A stretch of 64,000 nt of DNA from a virus. The DNA lies in the IMG/VR virus record IMGVR_UViG_3300044695_006747, positions 32,001 to 96,000 of that record. One strand, given 5' to 3'. The notes beneath the pieces were generated by a model. The model had not been told where the DNA came from. It saw only the letters and a program-made list of their open reading frames with translations, and made no database searches. Shown here piece after piece: positions 8,901 to 20,900 of the stretch (the stretch's first letter is position 1; each line of letters opens with the position of its first letter). Made by a program: the position numbers and the translations under genes.

Positions 8901-11900
8901 ACCGCTCTTGGAACATTCTTTAAAAGAAATGGAGTAATGCTACCGTCTTCAAGTATAATGACCCTGGGAGATCAGGTAGGAAATCTTGGCACAGCAGAGA
9001 AAAAGGCCAGAGCACTATATGATATGGTTAAAAAATATGGTAGTGTTGATTTCTTTGATGACGACGCTGCAAATATTGATGCTGCAAAAATGGTCCGAGG
9101 AGTAACCGCTAAAAAAGTTGCTTTAAAAAATAGTGGTGGATATATTCAAAGACTTATGGCTGGTTCATTTGCTGAAGAACCTAGTATATCTGAAATAGCA
9201 CAAATAGTTACACAGTACGCATATCGAGATCCGTCTATTAATTCTGACCCAGCATTACAACAAGCTGTTCTTGCCACAGTAGCCAAAAGAAATAGAACTT
9301 CTGCAAATTTAGCTACTGCTACCAAATTAGCTGGACTAATATCGACAGGCTCGTTAAATCCAAATTTAGCTAGACAAATTCTATCTTCTAGTAACACAAT
9401 TGTACCCAGTGGCCCTAGAGGCAAACCTACTGTACAAGCTCTTTCTTTGCAAGCACTAAAACCTGGAGAAGAAACTAAATTTACTAGAACCATAGACGGT
9501 GAAGAAATAGATATTGTTAGAGGATCTCCGTCAGCAGCTTTGTCAAAACGCATGACATCAGCAATAGACCGAGGTATTCAAGTAGCAATTAAGGGAACTA
9601 TAGAAGAAGCTTTAAGTGATGTTATTTCTAGAGATCCTAGTAAACGGCAACAATTAATTGATTTAGGAGTTAAGTTTAATAAAAGTGGTAAAGCAATAGC
9701 TCCAAAATCTATGATAGATATGGCTATGAAACATGGCCAAATAAATGAATTAAGAGGTAATATATTTGAAAGAACCTTGATGGGACTCGGAGCAACACCC
9801 GGACCAAAACTTCCTGGTAAAGCAGCTCCAGTTGATGCTTTGAGAATAGGAGATATTGTTGCAGACATCATGTCTCAGGGGCCGTCCAAAATATCTTCTG
9901 ATTTACCATCTGAAATCAAAGCCTCTGTACGCAAAACACGACCAAGTGAAGCAACTCCAGATATAAGTAAACGAGGACTAGTTAATCAGATACTCAGATT
10001 CAAGAGATTGCCTGGAGTACAATTTAAAGCAAAAGGAGGTGGTATTGATGGAATAAGATCAGAGCAAGCTAAATCTGCTATTTTAGGTAAACAACTAAGC
10101 GGCGCGGACATGATAAAAGCTGCTAGACGAGCTGGTTATAATATCGAAGAACTAGATAATGGTTTAGTTCAACTATCTCGTAATAATAAAATTATGCATA
10201 CTCTTAGTAGACCAGAAGCATCAAAACTATTAGGAAGTATATCTACAGGATATAATAAAGGAGGTCCAGCAGGATCAGATACAGTGCCAGCACTATTAAC
10301 TCCTGGCGAATTTGTAATCAATAAGAAAGCTGCTGCTAGACTAGGATCAAGCAGATTACATAGACTGAATAGAGCGGATAAAATTAGCGGTTTTAATACC
10401 GGAGGAGAAGTAGGACGCGTTCCAACATATTCGTCTGGTGGTGATGTGCAAAGATTTTTCTTTGGAGGAGGCGCACGAGCAAGACCAGGGATGCAAGCCA
10501 CAGCAGAGAATCTGATGGTTCCCGGAGGAACAATGAATCAATTAAGAGAAATTATAAATGCTCTTAATGAAATGGGACTTGCGTCGTCACGATCTGCAGA
10601 CCTGTTAAGAAGAAGTGGTAGAGTTAGCGTCCAAGCTGCCAATGATGCTTATGAGGCTGATATTCTAAGATTAAGAGTGGCTGGTGCCCCTATGGACACT
10701 ATATTACAAGCCGAAGCCAGACTTGCTAATATGAGACAACAGGGAGCTCAGCAAGTTAGAGCACAAAGACAATTATCGGGAGTAGGAGGAGCTCAATTAC
10801 AAGTAGTAGAAGACGTTGCTCAGCAAAATATTCAAAGAATGTTTGCAAGAGCTCAAGCTGCTGGTGTTGATCTTAATGAAACTCAAAGAGCGCGAATAGA
10901 AGACATGGGCTACAGAAGAGCTTCTCAGGCTGGTGGTCTTTCAACAGCGCAGACAGCGGGTCTTAGTGGTAATGATTTAAGACAATATATCAATGCTGCT
11001 ATGGGTGATCCTAGAACATTTGAACAAATGAATAGACAGTTTGAGGCTAGAAGACGAGCAGAGCTGAATAATCAATATATTGCCGAAAATAGATTTGGTG
11101 GTGATCGCAGAAGAATATTGCAACAAGCTAGTAGAGATGCTGCTGAAGAAGCTAGAATACGAAGACAAACACTAAATCAAACAAGAGGAGCGGCTGGCCC
11201 AGGAGCGAGCACCGGACAAAGGGTTCAGCAAGGAATGTTTGGTGCTAGTTTTGCTATTCCGATGTTAGCTCAAATGCTTGCGGGAGATCCATCGAGAGCA
11301 GCTACTGCTGGTGGAGCAGCTCAATCTGCTGCTATACAAGGAGCAGGAAATACTGTTGCTATGGGAACAATGATAGCTAGTATGTTTCCTCCTGGCCTTG
11401 GTCAAGGTCTAGCCCTAGCTGCTACAGCGGCAGCTTCTGTTGCTCAGGCATTTATCGATGCTAGAAATGCAACAATAGAATTTGAGAAAAATCTAGCAGC
11501 TAAAAAAGTAGAGATGGCGTTGGAAGATACCGGTAGATTATTTGAAAAATTAGCTAAAGATGTAAAAGATATAGATGTGCAAAATTCGATTGGACAAAAA
11601 CTAATAGAAGCAAGCTCAGCTTCGCAAAGAGCAATTGAGATACAGGCCACCACAGCGAAAGCATTTTGGGTCAATATGTTTGATGCATTTGGAGGGGGTG
11701 ATAGAACACAAAGAGCAGAATCTTCACAAAGAAGTCAAATATTAGATAGGTTTGGAACATCGGCATATTTGGAAACAACAACACTCGGACAGGGATTTCT
11801 AGGAGGACGAGGTACCGCTCAAAATAGAGCTAACGAAGCAAGACTGTCTTACACTTCACAAATGATCCCAGAACAATCTAGAGAAATATCTAAACAGTTT

Positions 11901-14900
11901 GCACCTATAGCAGACAATGCTATTAAACTAATAGAAGAAAAAGTTAGGGGTGGTCTTAAAATAGAAGACTATATTAATACAGATGAATTTAAAAAATTAG
12001 GTAATGCAATTGCTTTAGCTAATACAGCAGTTGCCGAGCAAGTATTGAGAATTAGAAATAGCACAATATTAACAGATAGTCAAAAGGCTGCTCAAGAAAA
12101 ATTAATTATTGCTACTTTTGCTGAAGAAGAAGCGCGAAAAAGAGCAAGTATAGCGGCCAGAGAGATACAGTTAAAAGAAGTTCAAAAGGTTACTACTCAG
12201 TTATCTCGTTCATTAGAAAGAATGTTCCAAAACATGGAACAATCGATAAATAAAACTAATTTTGGTCTAGAAAAAATGAGTAGAGAACTCGATCTTGTAT
12301 CAGCATCATTAACAGGACAAGCAAAAGCTGGAGAAGGAGCATTAAATGCTATAAATATTTTACAAAATCCAAGAGCATACGGCGAAGCAGACTTAACAGC
12401 TGCTCGTGGTCAAGCTGCTGGTTTTTTTGGTGGTAGTGGAGATATTATCAAAGGATTATTAACTCTTGGCGATGATATTGAAGCTACAATAATGGGAACT
12501 ATTAATAAGACTGTAAGAGAATCAGAAGGTGATTCTCCAGCTAAAATTGCTATAGCAATAGAAAAAAGTGTTAAAGATAAACTACAAACATTACAATTGC
12601 CATCTGATGTTTCAGAAAAATTAGCACGAGAAGTTAAAGTAGCATTGAATGAAATTCGTAAAGAGGGAGATGAAAAAGCAGATTTTACTCAAATAGAAGA
12701 AAAACTAAAAGATCTTGGACGCATACTAGAGAGCACAAGAAGAGCGCAAGAAGTTGCACTAAAAGCACTAGAAAACTGGCAAACATCTCTTAATAACTAT
12801 ACATCTTCTATTAATACTCTAGCAGATTTACAAATTGATTTTCAAGCCAGATTAAGAAAAAGTTCCGAATTAATTATTGATAGTCAGCTTAATTTGGCTA
12901 GAACTCTTGGTAAAGATATAAGTTTAGAAAATTTGATAGGAAATAGAAACGCTCTAACTAGACAACAAACTGGTGGATTAACATCACCTCAGGATATATT
13001 TAGAAATATCAACAGACTAGAAGCTCAGAGAAGACAACAGGAGGGAGCTGTTGACGTAGCCAGACAAAGAGGACCAACAGGACTCAAAGATTTCATGGCT
13101 ATGTCAAATAGCTTAAAATTAACAAATGTTGCTTTACGAGAAAATTATGATGCTTTAAGGAACCTGGCTGAAAATAGTGATATAGCAGCAGCTGCTTTGA
13201 ATAAAATTCAAGAAGCTCAACAAAGACAACAGGGTAAAGTAGGTTTTATAGAAAAATTAGTAACATCAACACCGGAAGAATTCGAATCTCTAAACAGAGC
13301 CTTCACCAGACTACAAAACAATGCTAACGGACAAGTTAATACTATAAATAATAGTATTGGAGCACAGAAAGCCTATATAGAAGCTATAAATGGTGGAGCA
13401 ACGGCTTTTGAAGCTATGAGAGCAGCACAAACTGCTTTTGCTAACGAAAGAAGAGACACTCTATCAGCACTAAATGATTTACTTCCATTTTTAGGTAGTG
13501 GTCAACAAGCAAATCAAATTAGAGCTAATACTTTGGAAAGTATGTTAATGGAATCTGGAGTTGGTGTTTCACCAATGTTTGCCGATGTTCTCAATGCTCT
13601 AAGAAATCCAGAAACAGATCCAGAAACTCAAAGAGCTATTGCATTATATCAAGAGGCTAATCAATTGCAGCTTGCTGCTAATGCTTTGTTAAATCAAATA
13701 AACCAGTCATTACAAGCTGAAACAGCAGAAAAATCTGCGAAAGCAATAGCAGACGCTTTGGCAAATACAGTTTTAACTTTTAAGAATGCTGAACAGGCAG
13801 ATCTAAATAGAGGTGTTATTCCACAAAATAGAGCAACAGGCGGAATTATTTATGCTTCTAACGGAGCTTTTGCTCCACGAGGAACAGACACGGTTCCAGC
13901 AATGCTAACGCCAGGAGAATTTGTGGTCAATAAAAGTGCTACTGCCAAAAATCTTCCATTATTAAAGAGTATCAATAGTCAAAAATACAGCAGTGGTGGT
14001 AAAGTTAGATATTATGCTGGCGGAGGATTGGTTAGTAGTTATTTAAATAGAAATTCATGGAATATAGACGGATTCCAAGAATCATCAGACAAATTTTTAG
14101 ATCCTTCAAATCCAGACGTATCTGCGTTGTTGGATTCTGGCAAAATGACTAAGAAATTACAGGTATTGCCAAATGTATGGTATAGAATGCCTTCTTCTAA
14201 TAATTTACAAACCCCAAGAAGTGGATCGGTACTAGATCCTAAGAAAAGAATTCCTACAGAACTAAATATTACTGATCTATATCCATCATCAGGAGATATA
14301 CTTCCTGGTATGGTTAGTCATAGTATTAGTATTTCTGATATTATAGAAGCCAATAGATTATCGGCGTCTCCTGGTAGATTAACTCTATCGACTACTCCTC
14401 CTGGTCTAGATAAAAATATAATATTTGGTATTGATGGGGACAAGTCTATAGATCTTATTACCAAAAATATCAAAAAGTCTGAATTTGAGCAATATAAAAA
14501 AGATATGAATAAAGTCAAAAATAATTTTGAGTCCATTAGCTGGATACAAGATGCCGCTAATCCATTATCTTTATTATTAATGTCAAATTTAGGAGATCAA
14601 GGGTATCCAACTACCATAACACCGCTTGCTAAAGATGCTCGTAATCTTAATCCTAATTCTAGAGAAAGAAATAGAGTTCTTTACTATGGTAATCAATTGG
14701 TTCCAGAAGACAAAGACTATGGTAAACTATGGGAATGGACATCAGGAAGCGTAAGAACTAACGCATTAACTATCGGAGATCCTCCTCATAAACCAAATTT
14801 TGATAATACAGCCGAAGATGCGATAAGACAAATAACAAAAATTAGCGCAATAAGCCCCAAAGGCATTAATAAAAGTAGTCCTGGTATAGTTAAACCAAAA

Positions 14901-17900
14901 GAAATAAAAGATATTGTTCAATATCATAAAAAACAATTTGATGTAATTAAAAAATCTGTTATATTAGCTGATAATAATTTTAAAGATATAAAATTTATTG
15001 ATACTCCAGAAGTTAGAAAATATCAAGAATTACAAACTCAATTTACCAATTTATATAATAATCTTTCTCCTTATGAAGTTTTCGAAGATCTTAGCTTATT
15101 CGATCATCCATTTTTAAAAAATGCTAAGAGTTTAATAGTAACTTCTAACGCAGCTCCCACAAGAGATGATATTAAAAAATATATTGAAAATAAACAGGCA
15201 AATCTTGAACCAGGAAGTACGCAGCCAAATAATAATGGAAATCCTATTTTAGTTGGATTATTGGATGCTTTAGATGGCAATTTAAATAATTTAACACAAG
15301 AGTGGGTTAAAAAAAGAGAGTTTGATATATTCCCTCAAGGCCCAGGAGGAGTTAAACAATTTCCATATTTAGTCAATGCAAACATTGGCGATCTAGGCAA
15401 AGGATTTACAGAAAGAGCCAAGCAAGCAGCCCTAGATCAACAGGATAGAATATCTCAAGAATTGGTATTTGATAATCGTAAGATGAGGTTAACTCTTGGG
15501 GCTGGTAAAAATATCGACCTACCATATTCTGCTACATATACAAAATATAGTGGTCCATTATGGGATAATACAACTAAATCATTTAGTGAAGATGCAAACA
15601 AACAATTAAAGGATCTTTATTTACCAGAAGATGCGAATATATTTAAGGGTCTCGATATTTCTAGTCAAAGATTATTTAGTAGCAAACAACCATTCGATTT
15701 AAACGCAGCAGGCTATTCGATTCCGGACAATTCTGCCAATAAGCTAATTGAACTTATTACCAATAATGGTGATCAAAATCAAATAGATCAAGCTAAAAAT
15801 GATATTATCAAAAATAGCACATTAACATTTCCTCATAAAGGACCAAATGCTTCGGGATCATTAGTTAAGTTACAAAATGCTGTTGGTCAACAAATTTTTA
15901 GTGCTTATTCTCAATTACCATCAACAACATTTAATTTTGGTGAATTTTTAGCTCAAGCTATAACAGATTATGCTGTTAATAATAAGAAAGAAGCTGGAAT
16001 TGCTGCTGGTAAAATTGCTGACCAAAAGATGGGCAAAGAAATAATTGGCGATGCTCCAATGGAAACTGTTAGGGTCTTGCAAACATTAACTCAAGGAGCT
16101 TTAAGTGTATTTGGTAGACGTCCAGTACCAGGATTACCAAGAGGTTGGCTATTTAATAATATTCGTTCATTAGGAGGCATTTTACCACGAGGAGGAAGAA
16201 CTTCTGTTGGTAAGTTAACTAATAATGAACAAGCAAAGTCTGCTGCCGGAATTATTCGTAATGTTATTAATAATGCTGGAGCATATGTTAGTAATCTATC
16301 CGGAAGAGTTAATAACCCTCAATTATATAATGGACTTAAAGATGTTTATGGATTAATGTGGGGAGCATACAAAGCTTTTGATTCCATCAATAAGTCTGAT
16401 ACTAGAAATTTAGCTCAATTACTTAAGATTGATCAAGTTAATGCTGGTAATGGAGGATCGGTAGTTGATATAGAGTCCATATTTAGAATGCTCGGAGGAT
16501 CAGCAGCATTTGAAAAAGCTGCCGCAGCACCGTTATCAGAAGACTACAAAACAATGCTTGGTAATCAACTAGTTGGATCAAAAATTACAACTGTTGATGC
16601 GGCTGGTAATATTAAATTGGTTAACCCCGTAGATGCTCCTCCTCCAAAGATTGATAATTATAGCGATTTAATGAATTTAGCATTAAATCCATATAATGAA
16701 TTCTCTTCCAGAACTGTGAGAAGTTCAATATTCGATAAATTAATAGGAGATATTAGTACTGCTGTTGATAATCGAGGAATGCCATACTTTGATCCTAATA
16801 CTTCTAATTTCTTAATAGGATCGTTAGATACGCTTAAAAAATGGTACGGCGGAGATGGTGCTTGGTTAGGACAAGACTATTTATTTGATAAGGCCGCAAA
16901 CGCTGACCCTGTGGCCAGAGGACAACAGTTCACAGCAAATCTGGATGCTGGACGAGGCTTATATGAAATGTCTAATATGGCGCATCAAAATCTTGGGGGC
17001 TCAGTTAAGTTTGGAGATTTACCAAATGATCTATGGTTCCAAAATAGAATAGCAGCAGGAAATTTTGCTACTGGTGGTTTAGTTTATGCTTCTAATGGTA
17101 CTTTGGTGAACTTCCAACCACGAGGCACAGACACCGTTCCCGCTATGTTAACTCCGGGAGAGTTTGTAGTTAATCGCGCTGCTACTCAGAAAAATTTACC
17201 ATTGTTAAAGAGTATTAATAGTAATACTTATATGGCCGACGGAGGATTATTAGAAACTCCAAAAACTGTTCAGGGTGTTACCATTCCAGGTAGAGATAAC
17301 CTGAGTCCACGCATTAATAGAATAGATAAGAATATAGCATATAACACAAGTGGTATTAGTACTATACAAAAAGATATATCAGTTATTAAAGATAGTATTG
17401 ATAAGTTATTGTCTGATCAAACGATGTTGTCTCAAAGTTTAGACACTGTGAATAAATTAAAAAACGATATTATGATGATAGCTGATATGGTTATGAAATC
17501 TCCGGCAGCTATTTATGATCAGATGCTAGTAGCATTACGACAATTATGGACAGAGGTAGGCAACGGACTAACGGCAACACTACAAGGACTTATGAATGCT
17601 CCATGGCCAGCAGTACCCTTTAATAGGGGTGGGCCAGTATATGCTAGTCAAGGAAAATTAATAGATTTTCAACCACGAGGCACAGATACTGTTCCCGCAA
17701 TGTTAACTCCTGGAGAATTCGTGGTTAACGCTAAAGCAACCAAGAATAATTTAGGATTATTACAAAGTATAAATCAGGGAGTTGGTGGATACAGTAGAGG
17801 TGGAGTTGTTTATTTAGAAGATGGTGGATTAACTCCCGGAGCAAAACAAACATTAACAGATTTACAAAATCAAGGATATAATTTACAAGATATTGTGTCT

Positions 17901-20900
17901 GGCAAAACAAGAGTTCCTGGCGTTGTAATAGAGGCATCAAAGATACCAGATGATCCTATGATGCCAACAAAACCAGCCCCAAACATAGAAACATATAGAG
18001 AAAATCCAAGACTATGGAATGGCTTCAAAGATGCTAGTGGTTTTTGGTGGAATAAAAGAGGAGAATCGGTTATAAGCGCATACGGAGCGCCTCCAGCGTT
18101 ACCTAATTTTCAAGAAAGAATGCAAGCATTTGAGTCTATTGTCAGCGCTTTTGCCGGTGCGGGCGGAGTAGGAGGAGGTCGTGGAAAACTAGCAGATGTT
18201 CGCGGTCTGCCTGCGGGAATGCCAATGCAGAGAAATGCTCCAGGTCCACTAGGAACTGGTGTGGCTATTCCGTATAGTATTGGTAGGCCAAATCCTAATA
18301 ATGTGCCAAAAGCGAACTCAGGTGGTCTCACATTAGATGCAATTAGAGATCCATTAACTGGTAACTACTATGTATCAGACACTCCTGCGAGAAATATTAT
18401 TCTTTCTGGACGTCAAGGATTACCAGCTCCAAAAAGTAGACAAAGAGCAAGGTCACCTCTAGATTTAGAAAATGGTAAAATACCAGATTCTATTACCAAT
18501 CCCAAAGCCAAAGAATTTATGCATCTTGCGATAAAAGAAATGATTGGATATACTGAATTCATGAATCTAGTTAAACTGAAAGTGCAAGGATCAGATAGGA
18601 CATATTCTAGTTTATTAAAATTTTTAGCCTTAGATGTATTTCCAAAAGGAAATGCTTACGGAGTTGATTCTCTAGACAAAGCTATTTCATTTTTTAATAC
18701 TCCAGAAGGTATAGAATTATACAATAAAAAAATATCTTCAAAAATAGGTGCGGTTCCAGAAATAGGTGGATATAATGCATCTATAATCAATCAAAATTCT
18801 AAAACCGGTGGTGGTGGTATTACAGAAAGACTATTAAAAGAATTATTTCAACAAAATATATTTCATATTAGTAAAAGATCAGCCAATGTTCCAAACGATC
18901 TTAATTCCAGAATGGTCTCACTGATCCCATCTACAACCGGATTACTATATGATGATAATATAGCAAAACTATTATCTTCTGCTGGCGTTACGCCAAGAGT
19001 CGATTCTAATAGGGTTAGTTATGTATTCGATGTAGACGAGGCAGGCAAGGATTGGGGGCTGCTCAATCCGGATCAAAGAACCTATCTGCAACAATTTGCT
19101 CCAAAAGCAACAGGCAGTGAATCATCCAATATGAAAAGAGGACAGCTAAGAACCTCTCCAAGAGAGAGATTATCTCAGTCGAATACTCCACCCAAGCTTT
19201 CTGATTTTGCTCCTAACGTCACACCCGTTTCGAAAAAAGCATTTCACGGATCAGGATCAGAAATTATGCAAATTGATCCTAATAAATTAGCACAGGGTAT
19301 GTTGGGAGAGGCATTCTATGTTGGCTTTAATCCGAATGAAGCTCCTATTACTTATTTGAAAATGCGACTAGATAGCTGGTTACTTGCGAATAATCTAAAA
19401 AGTGGCAATGTTACACCAGAACAGATAGCCGAGTTTAAAGGAGGAATATACCCTGTTGAAATTATGGGTGGAATAGATGACTTTTTAGCTGCTGATCAAG
19501 TACTAAAAGATAATCCAGCAGCATTATCTAAAATAGAAGCAATATATCGTGATCTTGAGTTAAGAAAAGTTAAACTAGGTCCAATACAATATACCAACGA
19601 TCCCACAACAGGAAAGCCCAAAGTATCAAGAACAGAAAGTCCTCTAGATCTAGCATCCTCAACAGTTATGGATGCATATGATAATATTCAAAATCAATTA
19701 GCAGCTAAATACGAAGCTGAATTTGCTGGTAAGTCTAATATTCCTGATGCAAGATTTGAAGCTCTTACAAGATCCGCCACAGATATGAGGAAAATGTTTG
19801 TGAAGTACGGTATACCAGGATTTACAGATCTAAATAATGCTAGAGGTCAAGGATCTATGGCAGGAATATTTGATATTGATAGAATATCTGTTGGAGATGT
19901 ATATATTCCAGACGAAGTCTTAAGAAAGGTCTTAGGCACAGACGATATTACAGAAGCTAAGCGACAAATAGAATTTATTAAAACCGGCAAATACCCCGAT
20001 CAAGACGCATTCAAAGGTCTTGAAGCAATGGGCGAGCTTCTATCAAAACAACAGCCAGCATATAAGAGCAGAGGTGGAGCAATATATGCTAGTAAAGGCC
20101 AACTAATTAACTTTGAGCCTCGTGGCACAGATACAGTTCCAGCAATGCTCACCCCCGGTGAATTTGTTATTAATCGACAAGCAACACAAAAACATCTTCC
20201 ATTATTACAAGCTATTAACAATGGAGCGCAAGGTTATTCTGATGGTGGTGTGGTTTATTTACAACCAGGTGGTCGTGTACCAGTAAATCCGGCCATGCCG
20301 AGAGGTCCACGAACCAAAGAAGAAAAAGAAGCTTATAAACGAGGAGGTCTAAGAGATAAATTACAAGCTCAATCAAAAAACAGATTTGATACTCAAGCAC
20401 TAGCAGCACAAAAAAATCAAAATGGTAGATTATGGATATTTACTCTTCCACGAGAAGATTTATTGAAAGATGGTGATGGTAATCCATTAAATAATGGTAT
20501 TCAATATTTGCTTAAAGATGCAAACGGAAAACCTTCTGATAATTTATCAACAGAATCTTTAGCTGCTATGGATATTAGTAAAATATTTTCATTAAGAAAT
20601 AATAATGCCAGAGATGCTAAAAAAGACTTGATCAACATGCAGCCCCTCAATATTTTTAAATTAGCAAAGGCAATACCACAAGATGCTGTTAGTGCAATAT
20701 CCAAAGCACGACAACAACAGGCTAGAAAAAGTTTTGATCAAAAAATACTAGATGAGTTATCATATCAGATTCAAACAAAACAAGATATGTTTAGTATTTT
20801 TAATCCCAACTTTTTTAATACCGATGGTGCTATTGTTGATAAATATAATCAAGAAATGTCCGAAATTATAGATCGTATGGATTTGAATAATCCAGCCTCT

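Noticed and set aside
7677-20704. Many antisense ORFs of 60-135 aa within the TMP
   Set aside because: Shadows of the sense-strand codon pattern, including mirror images of the repeated module; no RBS or protein-like character.
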